Counted from the stretch's first letter, positions 47,694-58,105 are shown. The stretch is 64,000 nucleotides of DNA from Candidatus Nezhaarchaeales archaeon (GCA_038887515.1 JAWAKK010000001.1:96001-160000), one strand, 5' to 3'. Notes: generated by a model from the sequence alone, not told the origin. A program made the numbers and translations.

Positions 47694-48347
47694 TCACTTA
47701 ACTGTATTTTGTTTATCAGGTAATGCAACACCACTCGTTGGAATCTCTGGGAGCTTCTCCTTCATTTTTTGTTCAGCTACTGTCATTGCTTCCTCTAAGA
47801 TCTTCTGAGCCTCCTCCGTAGCTTCAAGTGTTAGTGACTGTCCAGTTATCTGGCCTGCTTCTGCAACTACGCTATTAAGTAGCTCGCTCAGCTCGCTCAG
47901 CTCGTGTTCAGCATCTGGTAACACGCCTGCTAAGCTACTTTTTATACCTCTTACAACTTCTACTGCTGGTGCCATGGCAACTACGAGTTCACCAACTTCC
48001 TTTATCGTTCCAAGCCTCAAGAGCACCTTTTCAAGCGATAGCTTACTGAAGAGAATTATCTTGCTCATTTTCCTTAACTCAGCGAGCTCGTTAGCGTAAA
48101 GAGTCGCTCTATCCATTTCGTGTCGCATGAAAGCTTCAACGACTTTTTCAAATATCTTCTTGTCCCTTTCCATGAGCCTCGTACTTACTTGGTCTAGCTT
48201 ATTCAACTGCACCTTCAGCTTATTCATAGCTAGATCTATCTTGTACTTTAACGGCGTCTCGGGAATTATCAGTGACTTAACCCTCGAGCTTACTGGTTCC
48301 TTTAATTCTCTATCCCATCTCTTAGCGAACCTTTCTAACCTCGACAA
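47694..48347 (-). CDS. ESCRT-III paralog lacking the winged helix (CdvB1/B2-like)
   Basis: RDKKIFEKVVEA...YANELAELRK...EAQKILEEA...KLPEIP; SD GAGGTG. Confidence 0.88.
   Translation of the reverse strand: MSRLERFAKRWDRELKEPVSSRVKSLIIPETPLKYKIDLAMNKLKVQLNKLDQVSTRLMERDKKIFEKVVEAFMRHEMDRATLYANELAELRKMSKIILFSKLSLEKVLLRLGTIKEVGELVVAMAPAVEVVRGIKSSLAGVLPDAEHELSELSELLNSVVAEAGQITGQSLTLEATEEAQKILEEAMTVAEQKMKEKLPEIPTSGVALPDKQNTVK
48069..48101. repeat. 33-nt repeat copy 2
   Basis: tttccttaactcagcgagctcgttagcgtaaag. Confidence 0.9.
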
Positions 48348-48738
48348 ATTATTTTCACCTCATGTTCTCAACGATTCTAGGACAATAAAAGGATATGTTA
48401 AAACAGGGATTGAAAGGTCTGAAAGTAAAAGCATTAGCTCGTTTAAAGTAGTAATCTCATCATGCTAACAAGGCCATGTATTTTGTAGTAGCGTTTCAGC
48501 TGGTTCCTCTTCAGATTTTCAATTAAATATTCCAAGTATTACGAATGATGTTTTTTAATCGTCTCATATTAAGAAGTTGGAGTAAAGAAGAGGTGCAATC
48601 GCTTCAAAACCTTAGTTTGAAGGCGTCAAACGACGCGGGGCTTAATAAAGTTTTCTCTTAAGGGATGTAGTCATCATAGAGGGGTTTATATACTCTTAAC
48701 TAAGATAATACCGTACTGAATGGCTCTCATTGCTCAGT

Positions 48739-49077
48739 TTAGGATACAGCCTTATTATGAAATCTTCTTTCGATGATGTAACCAGCTATGAAGCACCCCG
48801 CTGCTGCTATTAGGCATGTTGCAGCTGGTTGGGGTAGTAGGGATACATCGAATATGGTTGGAAAGGGTATAAACGAGAAGGGCGTGGGTTCAGCCCATGG
48901 TAGGAGACCTATGAAAGAGACTATAGCCGAAAACATAAGCCCTCCAATACCTAAAGTTATTCCTAAGCATCCTAGCTTCTTATTGACTATTAATGCTAAA
49001 ACCCCAAAGAGTATAGACCAAAACACAAAGTTAGCTATAGCGTTGACTACACTAACTTCGGTCAAGGCATCCACCAT
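48739..49077 (-). CDS. Hypothetical membrane protein (about 3 TM)
   Basis: Hydrophobic segments, ATG start, TATA-like TTTTAAAT upstream. Confidence 0.65.
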   Translation of the reverse strand: MVDALTEVSVVNAIANFVFWSILFGVLALIVNKKLGCLGITLGIGGLMFSAIVSFIGLLPWAEPTPFSFIPFPTIFDVSLLPQPAATCLIAAAGCFIAGYIIERRFHNKAVS

Positions 49078-49257
49078 AAACTACTTGACCGAGTAGGTCA
49101 TTTAAAATTAGTTTTTAATAAACTCCTTAAGAGTTGCTGGGAAGCCTTCAGTTCACGCTCATGATCTTTAATCGTCTCCATCAATCTCGGGGACCTCATA
49201 GCTCATTTCCTTAGGTCTCTTTGCTTATGCTGTTAGAAACATTAGAGGAGGAGAAGA

Positions 49258-49410
49258 GCGAAACATTTATTTGAACGTCAATACATTGGTCGATGCAGGT
49301 GCCGGAGTTGAAGAGGGATCAGACCCTCCAAGTACATTAATTCTTCTAATTGCGCTTTCGACATCAGCATCTCGGTTAGCTGTACAAGTTTATTCTTCGC
49401 GAGGCGATTA
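49258..49410 (+). promoter_or_regulatory. ilv operon promoter and long leader with uORFs and a hairpin
   Basis: GCGAAACA-TTTATTT BRE/TATA at about 49258-49272; hairpin GAGGG-atcaga-CCCTC; uORF containing LILLIAL. Confidence 0.4.
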
Positions 49411-51113
49411 TGATGTCAATTAGCGGTGCTGAAGCTATAGTGCGCTCTCTAAAAAGAGAGGGAGTTAAAGTGGTCTTTGGTATACCTGGAGGCTCCGTCT
49501 TACCGCTATACGATGCTCTTTACGACTCTGAGATAAGACATATCCTAGGAAGACATGAACAATGCGTAGCACACATGGCTGACGGCTATGCAAGGGCTAG
49601 TGGTAGACCTGGCGTCTGTATAGCTACCTCCGGTCCGGGTGCTACAAATCTAGTGACGGGCTTGGCAACGGCGTATATGGACAGCTCTCCAGTAGTAGCA
49701 CTAACAGGACAAGTTGCAAGGCACATGATAGGCAGGGATGCTTTTCAAGAAGCCGACATAATAGGAATTGCTACCCCAATAACTAAATACTGCTTTCAAC
49801 TTACATCGGCTAAAGAGATACCGAGGGTTTTCAAAACTGCTTTCACCATAGCCTTAACGAGACGTCCAGGACCCGTACTCATAGACATGCCGGTAGACGT
49901 CCAAAGAGAGCAGGATGAAATCGAGTTTACCGATGAACTAGATACGAGAGGTTACATCCCTAAGCCGCCTCGCATAAATCTTGATAATATCAAGAAAGCT
50001 GCAGAAATCTTGGCAGAATCCGAAAAACCACTTATACTTGCAGGTGGAGGTGTAACGTGGTCGGGGGCTCACGAGGAGCTTTTAACGTTAGCTGAAATGC
50101 TTTCAGCACCGGTCGTAACAAGTCTAATGGGTAAAGGAGCAATACCTGAGGACCATCCCCTGTCCTTAGGCATGATAGGAATGCATGGTAAAGCGTATGC
50201 AAACTATGCAGTAGTCGAATGCGACGTCCTATTGGCTGTCGGAACAAGATTTTCTGATAGAACTACTGGAAGATTTGATGAGTTTGCTAAGGGGGCATAC
50301 AAGATTCACGTGGACATAGATCCTGCGGAGATAAACAAAAATGTTTCAGTCGATCTGCCAATAGTGGGTGACGCTAAGGAGGTTTTAAGGTTATTAATAA
50401 AGGAACTGAAGAAGCAAAGGAGGGCAAAACCGCGTGAGACTTGGCTTAACAGGATAAGAGAGCTAAGAGCTGCCTTCGAGGATGGCGCTGAAGAATCGAA
50501 AAACTCTGAACTCAAACCATCAACCGTCGTTAAATTATTAAGTAAGATATTAGAGCCCGGTAACTCCATTGTTACGACAGGTGTCGGCCAAAACCAGATG
50601 TGGTGTGCTTTACATTACATTGTTAGGACACCAAGATCCTTTATCACATCCGGTGGCCTAGGAACAATGGGATTTGGTTTCCCAGCAGCACTAGGAGCTA
50701 AGGTTGCTTGTCCTGATAAGGTGGTCGTTGACATCGATGGAGATGGAAGCTTTTTAATGACTGAGCAGGATTTGGCGACATCAGTCACTGAAGGCATACC
50801 CGTGACGATAGTTATACTAAACAATAACTCTCTGGGAATGGTCAGGCAATGGCAACACTTGATGTATAGAAGGAGGTTTATAGCTACAAATCTCGGCGAG
50901 GTCCCAGACTTCGTAAAGCTGGCTCAGGCATTTGGAGCTGAAGGAGTTAGGCCAGGCTCACTAGAAGAACTTAAGGAAGCGTTAAGGCAAGCTGTTAAGA
51001 GCGATGTTACAACGGTGATAGACGTACAAATATCGCAGGAAGAGAGGGTATACCCCATGGTTTTTCCAGGCAAGGCCCTCCACGAGGTGTTAATGGGTGA
51101 ACCAAAAAGTTGA
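49410..51113 (+). CDS. ilvB: Acetolactate synthase large subunit
   Basis: FGIPGG, RHEQ, TSGPGATN, GDGSF and GMVRQWQ motifs. Confidence 0.96.
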   Translation: MMSISGAEAIVRSLKREGVKVVFGIPGGSVLPLYDALYDSEIRHILGRHEQCVAHMADGYARASGRPGVCIATSGPGATNLVTGLATAYMDSSPVVALTGQVARHMIGRDAFQEADIIGIATPITKYCFQLTSAKEIPRVFKTAFTIALTRRPGPVLIDMPVDVQREQDEIEFTDELDTRGYIPKPPRINLDNIKKAAEILAESEKPLILAGGGVTWSGAHEELLTLAEMLSAPVVTSLMGKGAIPEDHPLSLGMIGMHGKAYANYAVVECDVLLAVGTRFSDRTTGRFDEFAKGAYKIHVDIDPAEINKNVSVDLPIVGDAKEVLRLLIKELKKQRRAKPRETWLNRIRELRAAFEDGAEESKNSELKPSTVVKLLSKILEPGNSIVTTGVGQNQMWCALHYIVRTPRSFITSGGLGTMGFGFPAALGAKVACPDKVVVDIDGDGSFLMTEQDLATSVTEGIPVTIVILNNNSLGMVRQWQHLMYRRRFIATNLGEVPDFVKLAQAFGAEGVRPGSLEELKEALRQAVKSDVTTVIDVQISQEERVYPMVFPGKALHEVLMGEPKS

Positions 51114-51588
51114 ACCTAGGATCTTAATAACAATAGTTGAAGACAAGCCAGGAGTTCTATACAAGGTTAGTTCAATCATCAGGAGAAAAGGAATAAACAT
51201 AGATGCTATATCTGTCGCTCCAACGGTTGAGGCCGGCATATCGAAGATGACGTTCCTTGTTAAAACCGATGATAAGACTGTGGAGCAACTCATCAAGCAA
51301 ATAGAAAAGGTACCGACAGTAATATCGGTAGGTTCAAGCCTATTGAGAGGAGTATACTCAAGAGAGCTGGCACTTATAAAAGTGAATGCCTTTAAGCCTA
51401 ACGAGAGAGAAGCCATCTATTCCCTCGTAACGAAGTTCAACGCCCGCGTGGTAGAAGAGAGGGCCTTCACCTTGACTATAGAGGTCGTTGAGTCGCCCGA
51501 CTTGGTTAGCGACTTCATAAACGAAGTAAAAGCTATAACCGAGATAGTAGACCTTGCTAGGACAGGTCCAGTCGTGTTATCGAGGTAG
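51097..51588 (+). CDS. ilvH: Acetolactate synthase regulatory subunit
   Basis: ACT domain VEDKPGVL...NID; RELALIKV; ARTG. Confidence 0.9.
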   Translation: MNQKVEPRILITIVEDKPGVLYKVSSIIRRKGINIDAISVAPTVEAGISKMTFLVKTDDKTVEQLIKQIEKVPTVISVGSSLLRGVYSRELALIKVNAFKPNEREAIYSLVTKFNARVVEERAFTLTIEVVESPDLVSDFINEVKAITEIVDLARTGPVVLSR

Positions 51589-51594
51589 GTTCTC

Positions 51595-52584
51595 TTGGCC
51601 AAGATATATAAGGATCAGGAGATAGATGACAGCATTCTGAGAGGGTCAACTATAGCAGTGGTGGGCTATGGAAGTCAAGGAAGGGCTCAAGCGCTAAATC
51701 TCAGAGATAGCGGCTTCACTGTAATTGTAGGGCTTAGGAGAGAGGGCAGTTCTTGGAGACAGGCGTCCTCTGAAGGATTTGAAGTCTACGAGGTTTCCCA
51801 GGCCGTTAAAAGAGGGGACATCATACTCTTCCTTATACCCGATACGGAGCAACCTAAAGTTTACCAAGAACAAATAAAGCCCTTCCTGAGCGAAGGCAAG
51901 AGCTTATGCTTTGCTCATGGTTTTAATATACACTTCGGGGTCATAAAGCCTCCTCGAGAAGTCGACGTATTTATGGTTGCCCCCAAGAGCCCCGGAGCTA
52001 AGGTCAGAGAGATGTATCTTCAGGGTAAGGGGGTTCCGGCGTTAGTAGCAGTTCACAACGATTACTCTGGCAAGGCGCTTCAGAAGGCCTTGGCAATAGC
52101 TAAAGGTATAGGATGTTCTAGAGCCGGGGTCATAGAAACGACTTTCAAAGAAGAAACCGAGACGGACCTCATAGGTGAACAATGTGTGTTGGTGGGGGGA
52201 CTCATGGAATTAATAAAGAAGGGGTTTGAAGTCCTGGTGGAGGAAGGCTACCAACCAGAAGTGGCATACTTCGAAGTATGCAACGAAGCCAAGCTTATAA
52301 TGGACCTCATATACTCTGGAGGCCTCATGCATATGCTAAGAGGAGTAAGCGATACGGCTAAATACGGAGGCTTAACTGTTGGTCCGACGATCATAGATGA
52401 AAAAGTTAAAGAAAAAATGAGGGAAGCAGCTAAACGAGTAAGAAATGGATCCTTCGCAAAGGAGTGGATTGAAGAGTGTGCTTCTGGTAGGAAGCGCCTT
52501 ACAGCGCTAATGAAGACCGTCGAGTCTCATCTAATTGAGAAAGTAGGTAGAGAAATGAGAAAGCTTGCTGGTATCGAGAGCTGA
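51595..52584 (+). CDS. ilvC: Ketol-acid reductoisomerase
   Basis: [28 protein letters not shown] and SDTAKYG motifs. Confidence 0.96.
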   Translation: MAKIYKDQEIDDSILRGSTIAVVGYGSQGRAQALNLRDSGFTVIVGLRREGSSWRQASSEGFEVYEVSQAVKRGDIILFLIPDTEQPKVYQEQIKPFLSEGKSLCFAHGFNIHFGVIKPPREVDVFMVAPKSPGAKVREMYLQGKGVPALVAVHNDYSGKALQKALAIAKGIGCSRAGVIETTFKEETETDLIGEQCVLVGGLMELIKKGFEVLVEEGYQPEVAYFEVCNEAKLIMDLIYSGGLMHMLRGVSDTAKYGGLTVGPTIIDEKVKEKMREAAKRVRNGSFAKEWIEECASGRKRLTALMKTVESHLIEKVGREMRKLAGIES

Positions 52585-52590
52585 ATAGTC

Positions 52591-54243
52591 TTGAATCTTA
52601 GGAGTATTGTTATAAAAGATTTTCCAGGTAGAGTACCCCATAGGAGCCTCTTAAAGGCATTAGGTTTAACTGATGATGATTTGAACAAGCCCTTTATAGC
52701 AATCGTTAATAGCTATTCTGAGATCGTTCCAGGCCACGTCCACCTTAGAAGTATAGCTGAAGCCGTAAAGAGCGGTGTACTTAGCGCGGGCGGTCAGCCA
52801 TTTGAAGTTAACACAATAGCAATATGTGATGGCATAGCAATGGGCCATGAAGGAATGAAGTATTCATTGCCATCAAGAGACCTCATAGCAGACTCTATAG
52901 AGCTGGTGGTCGAGGCTCATAGGTTCGACGGCATGGTGCTCATATGCTCTTGCGATAAGGTCGTGCCAGGAGCGTTAATGGCAGCCGCTAGGATAAATAT
53001 ACCATCAATAATTGTAACGGGAGGGCCAATGACTCCTGGAGACTATAGGGGAGGCAAGATAACGCTGACGAAAGTCTTTGAAGCTGTTGGTGAATACGCT
53101 AAGGGTACTATAACTATGGACGACTTAAAAGAGATAGAGGATAATGTGTGTCCCGGGCCCGGATCGTGTAGTGGGATGTTTACGGCTAACACTATGGCTT
53201 GCATAGCCGAGGCTATGGGTATGGCACTGCCAAGGGCCGGCACTGCGCTAGCAGTTACTGCTGAAAGACTTAGAATAGCCAAGAAGTCTGGAGAGCTTAT
53301 AGTTGAAATGGTGAGGAAAGGGCTAAGACCAAGGGGCGTGATGACTTATAAAGCATTCTTGAACGCCATAGCAGTAGATGTAGCGCTAGGAGGCTCCACG
53401 AATACTGCACTACATCTACCAGCTATAGCCCATGAGGCTGGCGTAGAGCTAGAAATAGAAGAATTTGATAAGATGAGCAGGCTAGTACCACAGCTTTGTA
53501 CGATATCCCCTAACGGTCCTCACACGGTTTACGACTTTCACTTAGCAGGCGGGGTCATGGCCTTAATGTCAGAGATAAAGAGCTTCCTTCATTTAGATGC
53601 GCTCACGGTTACTGGCAAGACTATAGGCGAGTTAATCGAAAAAGTGCAGGTCAAAGATAGAAACGTCATAAGGAGCATATCAAACCCGGTTATTAGGGAG
53701 GGAGGTTTGGCGGTCTTAAAGGGTTCCTTGGCCCCTCGAGGCTCAATAGTAAAGGTTGCCGCTGTACCAAAATCTATGCGGTTTTTCAAAGGGGTCGCCA
53801 AGGTCTTTAATTCTGAGGAAGAAGCCGTTGAAGCCATATTGGGCGGGAGAGTTAAGGGCGGGGACGTCGTAGTCATAAGGTATGAGGGCCCTAAGGGAGG
53901 ACCAGGGATGAGGGAGATGTTGATGCCGACCTCGCTGATAGTTGGTATGGGCCTATGGGAAGAGGTCGCACTAGTTACTGATGGTAGGTTCTCGGGTGCA
54001 ACAAGAGGGCTAGCTGTAGGTCACGTATCACCTGAAGCAGCTGAGGGCGGCCCTATAGCTAAGGTGGTCGATGGCGATGTAATAACAATAGACTTACAGA
54101 ACAGAAGAATTGAAGTTGACTTCGTAGTGTCTGAAGAAGAAAGGGCGAAGAAGTTATCCCTACCTAATAGGGTTTTAAAAGGCTACTTAGCAAGATACTC
54201 TCAAAGGGCATTGTCGGCAGATAAAGGAGCCTTAATGACGTAG
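52591..54243 (+). CDS. ilvD: Dihydroxy-acid dehydratase
   Basis: [34 protein letters not shown] and TDGRFSG motifs. Confidence 0.96.
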   Translation: MNLRSIVIKDFPGRVPHRSLLKALGLTDDDLNKPFIAIVNSYSEIVPGHVHLRSIAEAVKSGVLSAGGQPFEVNTIAICDGIAMGHEGMKYSLPSRDLIADSIELVVEAHRFDGMVLICSCDKVVPGALMAAARINIPSIIVTGGPMTPGDYRGGKITLTKVFEAVGEYAKGTITMDDLKEIEDNVCPGPGSCSGMFTANTMACIAEAMGMALPRAGTALAVTAERLRIAKKSGELIVEMVRKGLRPRGVMTYKAFLNAIAVDVALGGSTNTALHLPAIAHEAGVELEIEEFDKMSRLVPQLCTISPNGPHTVYDFHLAGGVMALMSEIKSFLHLDALTVTGKTIGELIEKVQVKDRNVIRSISNPVIREGGLAVLKGSLAPRGSIVKVAAVPKSMRFFKGVAKVFNSEEEAVEAILGGRVKGGDVVVIRYEGPKGGPGMREMLMPTSLIVGMGLWEEVALVTDGRFSGATRGLAVGHVSPEAAEGGPIAKVVDGDVITIDLQNRRIEVDFVVSEEERAKKLSLPNRVLKGYLARYSQRALSADKGALMT

Positions 54244-54281
54244 GCTTCTAGTACTTCATTATGTAAGAGATGACCTGAGTC

Positions 54282-54341
54282 GCCTTCGGTCCAGCGTACA
54301 TCGCTCACCATTCGGCGTGGTCGGGACCGCTCATCCCCACA
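54282..54341 (-). ncRNA. Candidate C/D-box methylation-guide sRNA
   Basis: Minus strand GGGAUGA (C) - 15 nt - CCGA (D') - AUGGUGA (C') - 15 nt - CCGA (D); GC-rich island with GAAAACCTTTAAG BRE/TATA about 25 nt upstream. Confidence 0.6.
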
Positions 54342-54439
54342 ACGATATGCTTCGAACCACTCTTAAAGGTTTTCGGCGGACCGATAGAGCTGGATGTTTG
54401 ACAAGACCCTGGCGGTGTGAAGTTAAAGATTTAACGCCT

Positions 54440-55795
54440 TTAGTCTTGCGAGATTGTGGCTAGTACCTCGTTGACTGCTCTATCTATTAGTCTCTGTGCT
54501 TCTCCTAAGTAGTTTTCAGGCTTCATAAGCTCGCTTAGCTCTTCATCGCTTAACAGCTTCTTCACCTTCTCATCTCTTTTCAGCAACTCCAATAAATGTA
54601 TATCCTGAATCATGGACTTCAGTGATAGCTCTCTCAGTAATTTATGGGCGTCTTGCCTACTCATACCTTTCATGGTTAAGGCAATCATGACCGCTTCGCT
54701 CATTATCCTCCCCTTGGTAACTTCAAGGTTTTTCTTCATGTTCTCAGGATATATTCGGAGGCTCTTAAGGACCTTTATAGTTCTTCTCAACATTTCATCT
54801 AGAAGGATGCAAGATTCGGGTATTATGAATCGCTCGTTTGCTGAATTAGTTAAATCTCTTTCATGCCATAGCGGGATGTTTTCTAAAGCTGGTATTACTA
54901 GGCTTCTCATCAGCTTGGCTAGGCTTGACACATTCTCGCAATCTATAGGGTTCTGTTTATGAGGCATTGTTGAGCTTCCGACTTGTTCAGCTTCGAATCC
55001 TTCTGCTAGTTCCATAATCTCAGGTCTTTGAAGATTCCTTATTTCTGTGGCTATTTTGTCTAAGCTTGAAGCTATGATAGCAAATAGGCATATTAGCTCC
55101 GCAAGCCTATCTCTCTGCAATATCTGAGTCGATATGGTTGCGGGCTTTAGATCAAGTATTCTCATAACCTCTTCTTGTACTTCAAGCCCCTTACCCATGA
55201 AGCCAGCCATGGTTCCAACAGCTCCTGACATTTTTCCAACCAAGACCCTATTCTTGGCCTCCCTTAATCTCTCTACGTGTCTCGCGAACTCCGATGCCCA
55301 CACAGCAAACTTAAAGCCTAAGGTTATTGGTAATGCGTGCTGTCCATGGGTTCTTCCAACCATCACCAAATCCTTATATTTAAGCGCTAAATCGCATAGT
55401 AGTGTGCATAAATCTCTAAGTCTCTTGTCTATTATAGCAATGGCCTCTTTAATTTGAAGGGCCGTAGCAGTATCGACAATATCATAGCTTGTAGCCCCGA
55501 CGTGAACGTAACCGCCATATTCGCCACAGGCTTCTGCTAATACTTCGACTACAGCCATAATATCATGTTTTATTTTACTCTCAACTTCTTTGACTCGTTC
55601 AAGCTTTACGTAGTTGACGTTAGCCTTCTGGACTATGACTTCAGCGGCCTCTCTGGGTATTAGACCCAGCTTAGCATTAGCCATAGCTAAGGCAGCTTCG
55701 ACATCAAGCAATTTCTGGAGCCTGTACTCTTCAGTAAATATCTTTCTCATTTCTTCGCTTCCATACCTGCCAGAGTCTATTGGCAAGATGCTCAT
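54440..55795 (-). CDS. purB: Adenylosuccinate lyase
   Basis: H.GATSYDI, GRTHGQHA, GSSTMPHKQNP and HERDL motifs. Confidence 0.96.
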   Translation of the reverse strand: MSILPIDSGRYGSEEMRKIFTEEYRLQKLLDVEAALAMANAKLGLIPREAAEVIVQKANVNYVKLERVKEVESKIKHDIMAVVEVLAEACGEYGGYVHVGATSYDIVDTATALQIKEAIAIIDKRLRDLCTLLCDLALKYKDLVMVGRTHGQHALPITLGFKFAVWASEFARHVERLREAKNRVLVGKMSGAVGTMAGFMGKGLEVQEEVMRILDLKPATISTQILQRDRLAELICLFAIIASSLDKIATEIRNLQRPEIMELAEGFEAEQVGSSTMPHKQNPIDCENVSSLAKLMRSLVIPALENIPLWHERDLTNSANERFIIPESCILLDEMLRRTIKVLKSLRIYPENMKKNLEVTKGRIMSEAVMIALTMKGMSRQDAHKLLRELSLKSMIQDIHLLELLKRDEKVKKLLSDEELSELMKPENYLGEAQRLIDRAVNEVLATISQD

Positions 55796-55953
55796 ACCTT
55801 ACTCACATTACAAAAGAATATGCGCATCCACATAAAACTCATTCTGGCAAATGAGGCTAACTATGTATGATAAAAGGTAACAGATATTAGGTTGTACTTA
55901 TAGCTTCCCACTAAGGTTTAAACCTTCAGTGATAGGGGCGTGCGGGCAACCCT

Positions 55954-56685
55954 ATGAGGTATAAGATTGGAGAACTAATATCGTCTGGAAAGACCAAGCT
56001 TGTATATTCGCTTGAGAATCCTTCACTAATCCTTCTAAAGTTTAAGGATGATGTGACAGCTCTAGATGGAAAGAAGAGAGACTTCATACCCGGTAAAGGA
56101 GCAATAAATGCTGGCATTTCCGCAAGGCTCTTTCAATTACTGAGTGAAAATAAAGTCGATAACCATTATGTTGAGATGTACGATCGAGCATCACTTATAG
56201 TTAAGAAGCTTGACATGATACCCATCGAAGTCGTATGCAGAAACATAGCAACGGGGAGTTTCGTCAAGAGGCTTCCGGTAGTTGAAGGTACGGTCTTGGA
56301 TCCACCGGTAATAGAATTCTTTTTGAAGGATGACGCGAGAGGAGATCCAATGATTAACGACTGGCACATCATTACCTTAAAGCTTGCGTCAAGGAGCGAA
56401 ATTGATGAAATGGCGAAGCTAACGTTAAAGGCTAATGAAGTCTTGAGGGACTTCTTGAAGGGCAAGGGGTTAGTGTTGCTAGACTTCAAGTTAGAGTTCG
56501 GTAGAACGGCAGATGGTAAAATACTCATAGGAGATGAGCTCGATCCCGATTGTATGCGGCTCAGAGATTCTTCGACTGGGAGAATTCTCGATAAGGACCT
56601 CTATAGGAAAGGAGCAAGTTTAGAAGAGGTCAAGGGAGCTTACGAGGAGGTCTACAGGAGGATCGTTGGATCTTGTCCTCCCTAA
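55954..56685 (+). CDS. purC: SAICAR synthetase
   Basis: GKTK, IPIEVVCRN, DFKLEFG and DKDLYR motifs. Confidence 0.95.
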   Translation: MRYKIGELISSGKTKLVYSLENPSLILLKFKDDVTALDGKKRDFIPGKGAINAGISARLFQLLSENKVDNHYVEMYDRASLIVKKLDMIPIEVVCRNIATGSFVKRLPVVEGTVLDPPVIEFFLKDDARGDPMINDWHIITLKLASRSEIDEMAKLTLKANEVLRDFLKGKGLVLLDFKLEFGRTADGKILIGDELDPDCMRLRDSSTGRILDKDLYRKGASLEEVKGAYEEVYRRIVGSCPP

Positions 56686-58100
56686 AGGCGAAGGAGAAGT
56701 GCGGCGTTGTAGGCGTAATGTCTATAGTAGGTAACGAAGTTTCAGAGGTCATATATAAAGCCCTCTACACTCTCCAGCATAGAGGTCAGGAAGCTGCGGG
56801 AATAGCGCTACTTGAAAACCAGGAAATACGGGTTCACAAGGGATTAGGATTGGTAACTGAAGTATTTACTAAGGATGTTTTATCGGGCTTAAAGGGGTCT
56901 ATTGGAATAGGTCATGTCCGATATTCAACGACACCTGGGTTAACAATAGAAGAGTCTCAGCCTTTCGCTGTTAAGAATCCTAAGTTCTCTTTCTCTCTTG
57001 CCTTTAACGGTACGATAACCAATTACCTTGAAATTAGGGATATGCTGGCAAGGCAAGGAATAATTTTCGTCACGAAGACGGACACCGAAGTCCTTGCCAA
57101 GCTTCTAGCTAAGAGCTTAATAGACTCTCGAATGGATTACGTAGAAGCCTTTAAACTTATGGTACCCGAGATTGACGGAGCCTGTGCATTAGTCTTAATG
57201 AACGAGAAAGGAGAACTTTACGCCTATAGGGACCCGCTCGGGTTCAAGCCCCTTTGCATAGGTAGGGTTAATGATCTGGTGGTTGTGGCATCAGAAACCT
57301 GTGTGCTCGATGTGTTAGCTGGATTTAATGGTTGTGAGTATGAACCCGTTAAACCGGGAGAGCTTATAAGGATATGCGAAGGCAGCATAGAGAGGATTCA
57401 AATAACCTCCTCGTATAGAAGAGCTAGATGCATGTTTGAATACGTTTACTTTTCTAGGCCTGACTCAGTTTTTGATGGCATATCGATCTATAAGGCTAGA
57501 GAAAGAATCGGTAGAGAGCTGGCTAAGAGGTTTCCAGCTGAAGGCGATGTAGTTGTTCCAGTCCCAGACTCTGGAAGAACGGCTGCTTTAGGATATTCTA
57601 TGGAGTTGGGGATACCTTTCGCTGAAGGTCTCATGAAAAACAGGTATGTAGGTAGGACCTTCATAATGCCGACTCAGAATCATAGGGACGAAATGGTCTC
57701 CCTCAAGTTAAACGTTGTTAAGGATATCGTTGATGGTAAAAGAATAATCCTAGTTGATGATTCGATAGTCAGAGGCACGACTATGAAGAGAATCGTCAAA
57801 TTATTGAGAAGGGGAGGAGCCAAAGAGGTGCACGTCAGGATTAGTTGTCCACCGATAGTGAGTGCATGCTACATGGGTATAGACTTTCCGACTAGAAGGG
57901 AGTTAATTGCTAGAATGATGAACCTTGAAGAGTTGACGAGATTTATTGAGGCGGATTCTCTTCGTTATAATACTATAGACGGCCTTATTTCAGGTATAGG
58001 CTTCTCTGAAGACGAGCTTTGCCTTGCATGTTTAACTGGAAAGTACCCGTTAACTAAGGATTACAAGTTTGAAGTCCTCGAAGAGCACTTGGGGAGGTAG
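56673..58100 (+). CDS. purF: Amidophosphoribosyltransferase (catalytic; propeptide followed by CG)
   Basis: EKCGVVG, LQHRGQE, GHVRYST, LVDDSIVRGTT, Fe-S Cys residues (CMFEY, CYMG, CLAC). Confidence 0.95.
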   Translation: MSSLKAKEKCGVVGVMSIVGNEVSEVIYKALYTLQHRGQEAAGIALLENQEIRVHKGLGLVTEVFTKDVLSGLKGSIGIGHVRYSTTPGLTIEESQPFAVKNPKFSFSLAFNGTITNYLEIRDMLARQGIIFVTKTDTEVLAKLLAKSLIDSRMDYVEAFKLMVPEIDGACALVLMNEKGELYAYRDPLGFKPLCIGRVNDLVVVASETCVLDVLAGFNGCEYEPVKPGELIRICEGSIERIQITSSYRRARCMFEYVYFSRPDSVFDGISIYKARERIGRELAKRFPAEGDVVVPVPDSGRTAALGYSMELGIPFAEGLMKNRYVGRTFIMPTQNHRDEMVSLKLNVVKDIVDGKRIILVDDSIVRGTTMKRIVKLLRRGGAKEVHVRISCPPIVSACYMGIDFPTRRELIARMMNLEELTRFIEADSLRYNTIDGLISGIGFSEDELCLACLTGKYPLTKDYKFEVLEEHLGR

Positions 58101-58105
58101 ATTTT

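Noticed and set aside
49140-49215. Second C/D-like pattern on the minus strand (AAAUGA...CCGA...UUGAUGG...AUGA/CUGA)
   Set aside because: Boxes are too degenerate and no clear promoter is present
54340-54365. GGTTCGAAGC T-loop-like motif on the minus strand
   Set aside because: No cloverleaf or acceptor stem; it lies between the TATA box and the candidate C/D sRNA
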